DNA from: Tetramitus jugosus
Lineage: Eukaryota; Protista; Heterolobosea
Reading direction: 5' to 3'
Length of the DNA stretch: 64,000 nt
Assembly: GCA_937625935.1 (NCBI GenBank)
Contig: OW569382.1
Location: 124,001 to 188,000, forward strand
Shown: positions 10,045-20,928 of the stretch, in pieces
Position numbering within the stretch: position 1 is the first letter of the stretch
Layout: each line of letters begins with the position of its first letter
Translations under genes and position numbers: made by a program
The notes under the pieces: generated by a model
Database searches by the model: none
What the model was told of the DNA's origin: nothing
The model's input: only the letters and a program-made list of their open reading frames with translations

Positions 10045-12885
10045 TTAGAGAAGAAGTCCCTCATCTTCTTCACCTGAGAACTTTTGTTCCAAAATTTCCT
10101 TGGTTTCATCGAATGGATGTGGCCTCTTATCTACATGCTTTCTGATTTCATTGCGGTCATCATAGTCGTAATGACTTGGTTGCATTTGATGTGATTGATA
10201 GGAACTGGAACTCAATGAACTCATTGACAATGGTCTACCACTTTCAAGAGCTCCCACTTCCCCACGGTATTCATTCTGAGAAACATTTGAATAATCTCCA
10301 GTGTCAATCAAGTTTGCACTGGTGGTCATTGTACTTGGTTGAGCAGTTGACCATGGTTGTTGTAATGGTTGTTGCAATGGTTGTTGCAATGGTTGCACTG
10401 GTTGATGAGAAATCTCTTGAACTTGATGAACAACATTGGTAGCTTGTTGAGTTGCAGTGGCCGCAGCTTGCTTGAGCTTCTGAGTCAATGGAACATGAGA
10501 TCCTTGTTGCTTTGCTGCATAGGTCTGCTTCAATCTCATATTAGCTCTCTCTCTGAGGTGATAGCCCTCTCTTTCTCTTCTGAAGAACTCGTTCATTGAG
10601 TTGTTCAATGGAGTGACGGTTGTACGAATTCTATCTACGATAGCCTGAGAAGCCTTTCTCTTGATTTGACCACTGAATAGCTTCAAGGCAATCTTGTTCA
10701 ACATTCTGTGTCTCGATTGCTTGATGTCAATACCAATCTTATCGATGAAAACCTTGACACTGGCCAACTCAACTGTCATTGGTTGATTCTCTTGAGTGTA
10801 AAGTGCCCAAGTGACTCTCAAATGAAGACCAGTTCCGAGCAATGCAACATCAGCTATTCCTTCATCCTCATAGCGAGGCATGGTCTTCTTGTGCACGTAG
10901 AATCTCATATCAGGGAAAGCCACTCTGATGTTATTTGCACGGAGCTTCAACTTGTGCATTGTTCTACTGGTAGTGCCTGAGCCCAAGTGAATATTGTTGA
11001 CAATCTTGAGGTCAAAGTTATCAGGAAGAATATCTCTTCCGTTCAATGTCAAGTTCTGAATTCTGAAATCATACTTTTCAGTGGATCCTTCAACCATTGG
11101 CAATGGAATATTCTCCAATTGTCTCTGAATGATTGGAATGAGCATCAATCTCAATTGTCTCAAACTTTCCTGTGCAACAAAGATGTCTGGTCTTCCTTGC
11201 TCATCCAAGACAAGGTCTCGTGCAAATCTGCCCAAACTATCAGTGAACATTCTTGTTCCAGTATCAGTCTTGATATAGTTGATCATGGTGATGAGTTGTC
11301 TGGACAAGTGTTGGAAGTTGGCCTTGTGTCTCATTTGTTCACTATTGACCAATGCTCGTGCACGTTCAATCAATTCACTGGCTTGTCTCTTTTGGAGATC
11401 CTGATCAACGATTCTGTTTGGATTCTGGACTGCATTGGTCACGAAAGTTCTGATATCACGGAAGAATGATCTTGCCATGACATCGTTCGATAGTTCAAAG
11501 TACATGTTGCGAAGGAACATGACAAAGTAGTCCAACTCTTGTCTTGGAATGAATTCACAGAGAAGGTTGTATGCTTCGGATTGAACATTGACGAGATGGG
11601 AAGTAGGCATGTGGACATTTGGATCTTGCTTGAGCAATCTCATTCTTTGTCCCCAAGCTTCAAAGATGGTAAAGATGTTGGCAATGGCATTGTTGTACTG
11701 TGGATGAGAAGCCAAAATGAACAACAATCTCTCTGCTCTTGCCTGAATATCTCTTCTCAGATTTTCATCACCCAATTCACCTTGTTTCAATTCTTGACCA
11801 ATACTGGAGAAGACACTCTTTGTTTCTGGTTGGTGTTGAGTTCCGAACACTGAGGATGACTGAGGTTGAGAGCTACCAATGAATCCACTTCCCATTGAAG
11901 GGCCAGAAGTCATTAATCCAGTGTTGACATACTCGGAATCACTGCTGTAAACACCAGTTGAAGGCATTGCACTCATTCCGCCCATTCCGCCCATTCCACC
12001 ACTCATTGCAGTGGCGTTGGCTTTTTGTTGCAAGGCGTTCACTCCTGCACGAGTGTCATGCTTGATAGCGCTGGTGATTTCACTTCCGTGACGATCCTTG
12101 ATATCTCCTGCAATTGTCTGCAATAGTTGGAATACTTCAATGAGGAATTCTCTGAACTCTCCAGAGCGAATCAGGTAGAAGACAACATCCTTTGTGCTGT
12201 TAAAAGTTTGACGTGCCAAGTCAGTAGTGTGGTAAGGATCATTGCGGATCATTTGTCCTGCCATGGCACTCTGTTGATATCCTTCTCTGCTGGCAAGTGT
12301 GGCCTCTTGAAGCATTCTTTGCACTTTTTCATCTTGATTCTTGGTTAGGAGCAAATAGTTTGCAGATTCGAGGAGGGCATCTGCGTCTCTAGCTAGTCTT
12401 TGACCTTGAAAATTGAGAGATGGGTGAAGGTACTCGAGAGATTGTCTTGTCTTTACGATGGCAGTGTTGATGGTCATATTGGATGGCATAATATTTCCTT
12501 GGGCGATGGACTGAACGTATTGTTGACCACGGTTAGGGTCAAGACCCACGGCAGTGTATCCACCTTCCATCTGTCTCACAATTCTTCCTTGAGATGAGTC
12601 AACAAATGTGTGTGGCTGTTGTTGCCATTGTTGTTGCTGCAGTGGTAGTTGTTGTTGTTGTTGAATAGGCAAAGCATTGGCCATCATTGGTTGTTGCACG
12701 AGGTTGTTATTGGTCATCACAGGGAACTGCTGCTGTTGTTGCAGGAAAGTTGCTGGTTGACCACCAAGGCTGGATCCATATGAGGATGCAGTTAGAGGTT
12801 GATTCAGTAGACTGCCACCAGTGTTGAACGCGTTGGTGGATGCCGCAGGGTTCATTGCTGAATTGTAATAGTTTGATTCGACCAT
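10045..12885 (-). CDS. HAM1-like (DUF5923/DUF4449) protein with BPI/TULIP-like C-terminal domain
   Basis: LENIPLPMVEGSTEKYDFRIQNLTL..ILPD and FYVHKKTMPRYEDEGIADV motifs; Q-rich termini. Confidence 0.7.
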   Translation of the reverse strand: MVESNYYNSAMNPAASTNAFNTGGSLLNQPLTASSYGSSLGGQPATFLQQQQQFPVMTNNNLVQQPMMANALPIQQQQQLPLQQQQWQQQPHTFVDSSQGRIVRQMEGGYTAVGLDPNRGQQYVQSIAQGNIMPSNMTINTAIVKTRQSLEYLHPSLNFQGQRLARDADALLESANYLLLTKNQDEKVQRMLQEATLASREGYQQSAMAGQMIRNDPYHTTDLARQTFNSTKDVVFYLIRSGEFREFLIEVFQLLQTIAGDIKDRHGSEITSAIKHDTRAGVNALQQKANATAMSGGMGGMGGMSAMPSTGVYSSDSEYVNTGLMTSGPSMGSGFIGSSQPQSSSVFGTQHQPETKSVFSSIGQELKQGELGDENLRRDIQARAERLLFILASHPQYNNAIANIFTIFEAWGQRMRLLKQDPNVHMPTSHLVNVQSEAYNLLCEFIPRQELDYFVMFLRNMYFELSNDVMARSFFRDIRTFVTNAVQNPNRIVDQDLQKRQASELIERARALVNSEQMRHKANFQHLSRQLITMINYIKTDTGTRMFTDSLGRFARDLVLDEQGRPDIFVAQESLRQLRLMLIPIIQRQLENIPLPMVEGSTEKYDFRIQNLTLNGRDILPDNFDLKIVNNIHLGSGTTSRTMHKLKLRANNIRVAFPDMRFYVHKKTMPRYEDEGIADVALLGTGLHLRVTWALYTQENQPMTVELASVKVFIDKIGIDIKQSRHRMLNKIALKLFSGQIKRKASQAIVDRIRTTVTPLNNSMNEFFRREREGYHLRERANMRLKQTYAAKQQGSHVPLTQKLKQAAATATQQATNVVHQVQEISHQPVQPLQQPLQQPLQQPWSTAQPSTMTTSANLIDTGDYSNVSQNEYRGEVGALESGRPLSMSSLSSSSYQSHQMQPSHYDYDDRNEIRKHVDKRPHPFDETKEILEQKFSGEEDEGLLL

Positions 12886-13513
12886 TATTAATGTGTGATT
12901 GTATATACAGGTAATTGGTTGATTTGTAGTTGGTTTTTCTCAGTTTGACTGAGCTACTCCCACGCTTTTATAACTGATCTGAGTGTATTGACATTCTATT
13001 CGCAGGTTGTTCATTCTCAAGTACTATTTCAGTATTAACATCCGATAACCCAATGGAAAGGTTTTTTCCTGTCAGCCAAGCGACATTCAGTAAAAATGGA
13101 AAACCGAATCGTTTTGTAACGGGGCAATTTTTACAGGAGGAACACAAATCCACATCAAAGAAGGAGTCGTTTTTCGGTTGAACCATTACTTGAGACTATT
13201 CTCATGAATCCTCGTGAAAACGGTGGATACAAGGTCCTTTGTATTTGTATTTGACATCACCCAATTTCAGTCTTGGCAGGTCACCTCATACACCCAATTG
13301 AATCGTTGGAGCTCAAACCAAAGTGGAATATACTAGGTATTTGTCCGACACCACATTTGAATCGCATGACAAAAAAATTCTCTCAGCCCATCAAACAACC
13401 CAAAACCTGCTTGGCCGCAAACACAAAACAACAACACAGCAACAACAACCCAACAACATCAAAAACAACCAACAACAACAAACAAACATTCTATTCATCC
13501 CTTTGGACCAAAC

Positions 13514-16500
13514 ATGAGTTATAAAACAACAATTGACTCCCTGACCAAAGGTACACTTGTGTACGTTGACACCTTGTTCAACACGAGTGATGAAAAAACG
13601 AGAACAGTATCACCTACATTGTCAAAATCGAGTTATGCAACAACAACAAGTGAAGATCGGTTCAAACATCGCTTTCTCAATGCAACGGTCATCCGAGTGG
13701 AAAACAATGATCAAATTCGAGTTGCCATTGATTCGATTGACTGTTCAATGGGTAGTCTAATGATAACAGGCAATAATAGTAGTAGTAATGAGGAAGCATT
13801 TGTTTATGGTGGTGGTGAAAATGATCTTGTTATGGAAGAAGACGTCAATGATGATCAACAACAGAAGCACAAGGTGATGGTTTGTAGTGTGGATCAACTG
13901 TTTTTGAGAAATCCAGAAACGTCGATTGCTGCAGATGATATTACAACTGTGACTTACTTGCATGAAGCTGCATTGTTGCACAATTTGGTCTCCCGGTATC
14001 ATAACCAAGTGATTTATACGTATACGGGGCCTATTCTGATTGCTATTAATCCCTATCAACAAATGCCAAAGAGTTTATATGGTCGGGAGACGATTGAGGC
14101 CTATCGGGGTCAAATGATGGGCAAATTATCGCCTCATGTCTATGCATTGGCCGAAAATTGTTTTAGTTCAATGATGAACGAAGGCAAGAATCAATCCATT
14201 CTCGTGTCTGGAGAGTCAGGTGCCGGTAAAACGGAGACGACCAAGATTCTACTCAATTACTTTGCTGCCATGAGTAACAAGAATGATGTAGTGCAAGTGA
14301 CGACAGCGAAGACGACAATGAGTCCTACAACGCCAACAACACCACTGACAACAAAGCTTTCCATTGAAAATCAAGTACTTGCTTCGACGCCGTTACTGGA
14401 AGCGTTCGGTAATGCAAAAACGTTGCGAAACGATAATTCAAGTCGTTTTGGTAAGTTTATCGAAGTTCAATTCTCGAATACTGGAGTGATAGCCGGTGCG
14501 TTCATTCAGACATATCTCTTAGAAAAGTCTCGCGTCACAAAACAGACGATTGGTGAAAGAAATTATCACATATTTTATCAATTGTGTGCGAGTTGTAATG
14601 ATGATGAAGCTCAGGAGTTGCTCATGGGCCAGAAGCCTAGTGATTTTCATTATTTGAATCAGAGTGACTGTTATACGATCGATGGAGTATCTGATGCCGA
14701 AGTTTTCCAACAAACGAGACAAGCAATGGATTCAATTGGTATCTCGGAGAGTGAGCAAAAATCGGTAAAGAGAGTCCTGGCAGCTATTCTTCACTTTGGT
14801 AATGTTGAATTTTCGGAGAACAATGACTCGCACGACAGTTGTAGTATTGTAGATATGGAGCCATTGAAAAAGGCTTGCAGTTTGTTGCAAGTAGATGACA
14901 ATGCAATTGCCAAGACATTCCTCACGAGAAAAGTGATTGCTGGAAGAGAATCATACAATACGCCTCTAAAAGTCGATCAAGCAGAGAGTTCCAGAGACGC
15001 ACTGGCAATGCTGTTGTATAGTAGAATGTTTGATTGGATTGTTAAGAGAATGAATGATAATATCAATAATCCTGGACAATCAAAGCACACTATTGGTGTG
15101 TTGGATATCTATGGCTTCGAATCATTTGAAAACAATTCATTTGAGCAGTTCTGTATCAATTGGGCAAATGAGAAGCTTCAGCAGCAATACAATCAACATG
15201 TATTTAAGTTATCTCAACAAGAGTACATTAGAGAACAGATCAATTGGTCAATGCTCCAATTTAATGATAACCAGATAACATTAGACTTAATTGAAAGCAG
15301 TAAGATGAGTATCTTGAATATTCTAGACGAAGAATGTAGATTTCCAAAGGCTGACGAGAAGACATTCTCTGAGAAATTATACACGAACCATTCGAGCCAT
15401 TCCTGCTTTTCAAAACCAAGGTTCTCCAGCACTGCCTTTACTCTTTCTCACTATGCTGATCAAGTCACTTATGACTCCACGCACTTCTTGAACAAGAACA
15501 AGGATTACATTATTCCGGAACAGGTAGAACTGTTTCGCAACAATAATAAGGATCTAGTGATCAAAGAGATCTTCAATTTGGATAAGCAGAAATCTGGAGG
15601 TGGAAACTCTTCATTTAAGTTCGTATCAGTCGCATCACAGTTCAAGCAGTCGCTGGCAATGTTGATGGATCGTATCAGTCAAACATACCCCAACTACATT
15701 CGATGTATCAAGCCTAATTCGCAAAAGAAGCCGAACATGTTTAACTTTGAGCTCGTTCTTCAACAGTTAAAGTGTGGAGGTATATTGGAAAGTATTCGAA
15801 TTTGCTTGGAGGGTTATCCCACAAAGAAATTATTCCATGAGTTCATTGAGAGATATAGCATTGTTTTCCCTGATGAAACAAAGGAATCTGATCCCAAGAA
15901 AGCATGTCTCAACATACTTAAGAAGATGAATATTCCAGAGGAGAGTTATCAGTTTGGCCATACAAAGGTGTTCTTACGGTCAGGTCAAATTGAAAGAATT
16001 GAAATGATACGACAGCACAAGTTAAATGCTGCTGCTATCATTATTCAAAAGAATTCACGTGCCTATGTAAAGAGAAAGTGGTGGGTGCAATTAAGAGGCA
16101 GCACGCTCAAACTGCAACAAGTCTTCCGAACATGTCGATCTCAATTGGAGCTCGATAGAATCAAAGAGCACCACAGTTCAATTGTAATTGGCTCGGTTTT
16201 CAAGTCGGTTGTCCCAAGAGCTCATATGGCTCTTCACACTCGACAACTATTCCTCATTCAAAACTCTGCCACTGTGCAATTAGGTGTGTCTAATTTAGTG
16301 CAAAAGCAAGCTACACTCCAGTTGGCTCTTGTCGTTCAATCAAGTTATAGACATTCAATCAGAAGAAGAGACTACATAGAACTATTGGCTGAGTCCAACT
16401 CTCTCAAAACTATTCAGAAGCAAAAGGAAGGACTCGCGGTTAAAATTGAAGAGTTGCAATATCAAGCCATGTATGAAACTAAGGCTAGATCCCAGTTGGA

Positions 16501-18277
16501 AGAAGATAAGGCACTCTTGGAGAGTCGCCTTCGTGATGTTTCTGACCAAGTTCAGCAAACTCAAGATACTTGGAACAAGAAGTATGAGGTTGTAGAGTCA
16601 ACGAATGAAGAACTCAGACAAGAAATCAATCGTCTCAACAAGAAGTTGAAGGAAGAGGTTGAAATGAAATCTCAAACCTCGATTGATCAGGATGTGTTGG
16701 ACGAAGTGATTCAAGAGTCAGAAAAGAAGTATGACAAAGAAAGAGTCAAAAACAAATCTGAACTTCAAAAGGCTAACAAGCGCATAGAGGAACTGTTGCT
16801 CGAACTAGAGCAAGAAAGAAAGCAGCGCATCATGCTTGAGAAGAAGTTGAACTCCCAAGAAGTTGCAAGATTGCGTACAAAGAAGCGTCGTCAGGCTGAG
16901 ATGGCATGGGAGATTGAGCGAGCTCTCATGTCGTTCACTAGAGGTGACAATCAGGAAAGAGCTGAGAGATTTGTTGTCATGTTGATATTCGAATTAGAGA
17001 GAACCTTCGCTGACAATATTATACCTACATGTGCCCTATTGATCTACAATCTTGTGATGTGCTGGAGAAATGATATTGATGGATGTGAGAGACTGTTTAC
17101 TCTGATTGAAAATTCGATGAAAGCATCGATAGGAAGTGCAACTCCTGATGTATTACCATTCTGGTTCTCTACTAGTGCATCATTGCTTCAGCTATTTTCG
17201 AGCAAAGAGTTCCTGCAAATGTTACCTCATATTCAACAAGAGGACTCAAATGGAACAGCAGGTGAAGCCATACAGAGCGTACAATCGAGAGTGGTGCATC
17301 TCCTACAAACAGAGTCATATGTTACATTGGAACAACAATTGATCCTCATGTCAGAGCGTGAGTTCGATAAGAGTACTGATCCTGATATATTTGTGCAGTT
17401 CATTTTCGATATTACGAGTGTATTTATCAAAGGTTATGCACAACTTATTGAACAAATCACTTCGAGAATTGGAACACTTCTGAAAATACACAAGGTAGAT
17501 GAAGCTTACCCTGAATCAAGAAGAACAAAATCATCATTTGAGACTGTTGTGAATGCGATCAAGCAAGAAATTGATGAACTTCAAGGATTTAACTTGTCTG
17601 AGATATTAATGGAGAAAATCATCAAACAGATCATCAGTTATGTGGATTCTGTTCTATTCAACGAAGTGATGCTAAGAAGAGAAATCTGCTCTTCTGTCAA
17701 AGCAGCACAAGTCAAAGACAATATCACCAAGCTCGAACAGAAAATCAGCAAGTACGTTGAATTCAACGTCAACTTGACACTCGTTGATCAGGCAGTAGCA
17801 TTGTTATTGGTACCAGATAAGCGTGCACTTATGGAAGAGACAACAAGAGCAACTCTGATTCCAAATCTCAATGGTCATCAAATCTTGAAATTGTTGCAAA
17901 TGTACAACAGTGATTTCGAGTCCAAGATCCCTGAGCAAGTCATTAACTACTTTAGAACAATTCGGCCAGCCATCATTCAGGTCTATCCTGACAATAGTGT
18001 CATTCTAGACACGAAGACGATCTCATCATTTGACTCACTCGAAGAGATCACAAATGATGACATCGAAGCCAGTGTCCCATACTTGTCATTCCCAATTGCA
18101 GTCAAGGAAAGGCTGGAGCAAACTATGAAGAGAGAACAGGAAGTGTCAGCAGTCAGATCAAGCGAACCAATTGTTAGTGTTTCGCCACCTCAAACTCAAA
18201 CACCCATTTCACCACCAAATGCACAAGCATCTAGTGTGCAAACACCACGACGATTCTCGTTCTTTGGCAAGAGATAG
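13514..18277 (+). CDS. myosin heavy chain with IQ motifs, coiled coil and DIL (dilute) tail (class V/XI-like architecture)
   Basis: GESGAGKT, LEAFGNAKTLRNDNSSRFGKF, LDIYGFE, YIRCIKPN; IQ motif IIIQKNSRAY; tail QIISYVDSVLFNEVMLRREICS. Confidence 0.93.
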   Translation: MSYKTTIDSLTKGTLVYVDTLFNTSDEKTRTVSPTLSKSSYATTTSEDRFKHRFLNATVIRVENNDQIRVAIDSIDCSMGSLMITGNNSSSNEEAFVYGGGENDLVMEEDVNDDQQQKHKVMVCSVDQLFLRNPETSIAADDITTVTYLHEAALLHNLVSRYHNQVIYTYTGPILIAINPYQQMPKSLYGRETIEAYRGQMMGKLSPHVYALAENCFSSMMNEGKNQSILVSGESGAGKTETTKILLNYFAAMSNKNDVVQVTTAKTTMSPTTPTTPLTTKLSIENQVLASTPLLEAFGNAKTLRNDNSSRFGKFIEVQFSNTGVIAGAFIQTYLLEKSRVTKQTIGERNYHIFYQLCASCNDDEAQELLMGQKPSDFHYLNQSDCYTIDGVSDAEVFQQTRQAMDSIGISESEQKSVKRVLAAILHFGNVEFSENNDSHDSCSIVDMEPLKKACSLLQVDDNAIAKTFLTRKVIAGRESYNTPLKVDQAESSRDALAMLLYSRMFDWIVKRMNDNINNPGQSKHTIGVLDIYGFESFENNSFEQFCINWANEKLQQQYNQHVFKLSQQEYIREQINWSMLQFNDNQITLDLIESSKMSILNILDEECRFPKADEKTFSEKLYTNHSSHSCFSKPRFSSTAFTLSHYADQVTYDSTHFLNKNKDYIIPEQVELFRNNNKDLVIKEIFNLDKQKSGGGNSSFKFVSVASQFKQSLAMLMDRISQTYPNYIRCIKPNSQKKPNMFNFELVLQQLKCGGILESIRICLEGYPTKKLFHEFIERYSIVFPDETKESDPKKACLNILKKMNIPEESYQFGHTKVFLRSGQIERIEMIRQHKLNAAAIIIQKNSRAYVKRKWWVQLRGSTLKLQQVFRTCRSQLELDRIKEHHSSIVIGSVFKSVVPRAHMALHTRQLFLIQNSATVQLGVSNLVQKQATLQLALVVQSSYRHSIRRRDYIELLAESNSLKTIQKQKEGLAVKIEELQYQAMYETKARSQLEEDKALLESRLRDVSDQVQQTQDTWNKKYEVVESTNEELRQEINRLNKKLKEEVEMKSQTSIDQDVLDEVIQESEKKYDKERVKNKSELQKANKRIEELLLELEQERKQRIMLEKKLNSQEVARLRTKKRRQAEMAWEIERALMSFTRGDNQERAERFVVMLIFELERTFADNIIPTCALLIYNLVMCWRNDIDGCERLFTLIENSMKASIGSATPDVLPFWFSTSASLLQLFSSKEFLQMLPHIQQEDSNGTAGEAIQSVQSRVVHLLQTESYVTLEQQLILMSEREFDKSTDPDIFVQFIFDITSVFIKGYAQLIEQITSRIGTLLKIHKVDEAYPESRRTKSSFETVVNAIKQEIDELQGFNLSEILMEKIIKQIISYVDSVLFNEVMLRREICSSVKAAQVKDNITKLEQKISKYVEFNVNLTLVDQAVALLLVPDKRALMEETTRATLIPNLNGHQILKLLQMYNSDFESKIPEQVINYFRTIRPAIIQVYPDNSVILDTKTISSFDSLEEITNDDIEASVPYLSFPIAVKERLEQTMKREQEVSAVRSSEPIVSVSPPQTQTPISPPNAQASSVQTPRRFSFFGKR

Positions 18278-18498
18278 GTAATAAAACATTCAGAACTCTC
18301 ACAACTACAGGAACACCACGTACATCCGTTCACCGTCTAAACATTTTCACCCATCAAATGTTGTAGCAGAATCGGATTCGATGTCTTGTTGTGTAAAAGT
18401 TATTTTTGGGGAGCTGACGGTCTCGTCAAAATCAACCCAAAAGCCCTTTTGTAAAAGGAATCGTAGTTAGTCATCAACACTGATGATCTGGCACTCCC

Positions 18499-18504
18499 TA
18501 TAAA
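18499..18504 (+). promoter_or_regulatory. TATA box of the WH2 micropeptide gene
   Basis: TATAAA about 100 bp upstream of ATG 18600. Confidence 0.45.
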
Positions 18505-18599
18505 TTCTGGAAGATTTTCATGCAATTACCATCTCACAAAACAACAACAAAACAAAGTAAATACTCTTAACCAACTTTAACAAGTACCTGTAATAAATC

Positions 18600-18740
18600 A
18601 TGAGCTCAAAGACCGACATCAAGAAGCAAGACTCCAAGCTTTTGGGAGAAATCAAGAAGGGAACCAACTTGCACCACGTTGACGACAAGGACAAGCATTT
18701 GGCTGATACTCCAGCTAATGCAGGAAAAATCAAGAAGTAA
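18600..18740 (+). CDS. 46-aa WH2/beta-thymosin/actobindin-like actin-monomer-binding peptide (not in ORF track)
   Basis: MSSKTDIKKQDSKLLGEIKKGTNLHHVDDKDKHLADTPANAGKIKK; WH2 consensus LLxxIxxGxxLxxV; strongly biased codons (AAG, GAC, ATC). Confidence 0.8.
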   Translation: MSSKTDIKKQDSKLLGEIKKGTNLHHVDDKDKHLADTPANAGKIKK

Positions 18741-19182
18741 ATTGCTTCTGATCGTTCGCCGCTCATGGAGTCAGAGACGAATTGGTACTGATAGGATGGC
18801 GTTTTCTCTCTAGCTGGAGTGAAACCAATATGGATTATGAGTTTGGATCCAAGCTCATTTGAAATGTTGAGTTTATTCGAGCGAAAAAGACAACACCGAC
18901 GTTCTTCTCTGATTTCCAGGTTGTTACAATGTAATAATAAATTTGCACGTTGTGTAAAACTGTCCATGCCTTTGATTCATCCTTGTGATGGGTTGGTGTT
19001 GGATAATTCAAAAGGATTATCCTCACCAACCTGTCCATTCTCTCGCAATATCTTATCGTCACGAATCAGATCACAAAACGATTCGAACATCATGACGAGA
19101 CAACATTTCTCCGGTTGAGATTGATATTTAGATCATTTTTGGATTCTCCGATGATGGTAACCTGGAAAAACACAATCTTGTG

Positions 19183-20889
19183 ATGACTGACTCACACTTG
19201 TACATGTTACCATCAGACACTCTGTGTATTGTCTATTCGTTCCTCAGGATTAAACAAATCATCTATTCGTGCACTCTGGTCAACCAACATTGGCGCAGCA
19301 CATCAGAGTTGTACTTTGAGTCACGATTGAGCCAGTTGGATGTAGCAAAAGAAGCACTGGTGAGAGTGGGAGATGGTGAATTCCAAAGAAAGGTGCCCAC
19401 CAAACAGAAGCGAAGAAAAGAAGCTGCACCAACAACGACAAAAACGAAGAAGGGTTCTACTTCAAAGAAAGGTAGAGCTGCTGACTCAAAGCACAAGTTA
19501 ACGACAGAAGAACAGGACTATGAACTGTATCAGCTCAAGAGCTTAATGCATTATTTGTTGCACTTGAGGCGCATTCGATCGGTGGATTGTTTTATTTTAC
19601 AATCCGATTATGTGACGCGGGAAAATTGCTTGAAGTGGTTTCCCGATTCGTTTTGGAGTCGGGTGAAACATGTACGGATAGGACCCTGCAAAAAGCTCTG
19701 CCAACGAAAATGGTTCACCTTTTTGAATGACTGTTCCAGTGGTCTGGAGTCACTTGATATGACGATACCAGGCATGCAGGATCACATAATGACCATGTCA
19801 GTATTGAGTGTTCTCATTCTCAAGCACAAGAACTTTTTAAAGTGTTTGGCATTGAGAGGTAGAGTGACCAGGATGGCTATTGATACGAATTTTATGGAAA
19901 AGTGCATCGCGCGGTGCGTTCACTTGACTAGCTTAACGATTGACAATGCCGGTGATTGCTCAACTCGTTCTCTCGTTCATCTCACTCGCCAATGCAAGAA
20001 CTTGGAGCATCTGTGTTTGAGAGAATATGATGGATCGCTGAGTCCGCTGGTAGACCTCGAACATTTGAGAAGAATCGAGCTCGATGATTGCCATATTTCT
20101 TCGGTTTGTCTCCTTGAGCAACTGAGGGAATTGGTGATGCGATCATGCTTTATCCATGTTGATCGAACAGGTGGTGAGGTGTGCATGGACGATAGTGAGG
20201 ACGACGGCGAAATGATTACGGATTTTGAGATTGTTGACGCAAGTGGTTTCAACATTGGTCGGTTGACCGAGTTGCGTGTGTTGGAAGTATTGGACGCAAA
20301 GAACTGCAATTATGACTGCTTCTTTTTATCGGAGGCTTTGGAGTTTGAATATCAAATCCAATCTCTGAAGAATTTGGAGCGTTTGACAATTGGTAATGTG
20401 GTGGACAGTTCTGTGTTGCATGAATTACGCTCGTGCAGCAGCACACTAAAGCATTTGACGCTGATTCGATGCCAGTTTGATGTCGAGTCAATGCAAAATG
20501 TGTTTCAATCCATGGCTTCACATCTGACATCTCTTGTCCTCGAAGACTGTCAACATTCGACCATTCAGGTACTGCCTACAGTTTTTGAAGTCCTGACAGG
20601 TCTAACAGCGCTCAAAATTGTTGATTCAAATGTTTGTTTGACACATGTTCAGAAAGCTGTGAACCACATGACGAAATCTGATCATCCGTTGAAGAAAATT
20701 GTGCTGCTTACGAATGAACATCACATCAGTATCAAGTTACTTCGAGATCTAAAGAGTTCACATCTTCATCGCTTGAGAATTGTCAAGTTGAGTTGTGATG
20801 ACCATTGTAACGAAGGTCCACACCACACCGCCGAGTATGAGATTATCAAGAGAACGAAGCGAACAATAACATACTGTTTGACCAAATAA
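19183..20889 (+). CDS. F-box/LRR-repeat protein
   Basis: N-terminal LPSDTLCIVYSFL...VNQHWR F-box; CKNLEHLCL and LKNLERLTI LRRs. Confidence 0.82.
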   Translation: MTDSHLYMLPSDTLCIVYSFLRIKQIIYSCTLVNQHWRSTSELYFESRLSQLDVAKEALVRVGDGEFQRKVPTKQKRRKEAAPTTTKTKKGSTSKKGRAADSKHKLTTEEQDYELYQLKSLMHYLLHLRRIRSVDCFILQSDYVTRENCLKWFPDSFWSRVKHVRIGPCKKLCQRKWFTFLNDCSSGLESLDMTIPGMQDHIMTMSVLSVLILKHKNFLKCLALRGRVTRMAIDTNFMEKCIARCVHLTSLTIDNAGDCSTRSLVHLTRQCKNLEHLCLREYDGSLSPLVDLEHLRRIELDDCHISSVCLLEQLRELVMRSCFIHVDRTGGEVCMDDSEDDGEMITDFEIVDASGFNIGRLTELRVLEVLDAKNCNYDCFFLSEALEFEYQIQSLKNLERLTIGNVVDSSVLHELRSCSSTLKHLTLIRCQFDVESMQNVFQSMASHLTSLVLEDCQHSTIQVLPTVFEVLTGLTALKIVDSNVCLTHVQKAVNHMTKSDHPLKKIVLLTNEHHISIKLLRDLKSSHLHRLRIVKLSCDDHCNEGPHHTAEYEIIKRTKRTITYCLTK

Positions 20890-20928
20890 ATAATGCTTGA
20901 TGCTCAATAGTTGAAATAAATACGCTTT

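Noticed and set aside
18790-18915. U3 snoRNA-like words and a hairpin (TGAGTTTG/CAAGCTCA)
   Set aside because: No box A/A' or convincing C/D pairing
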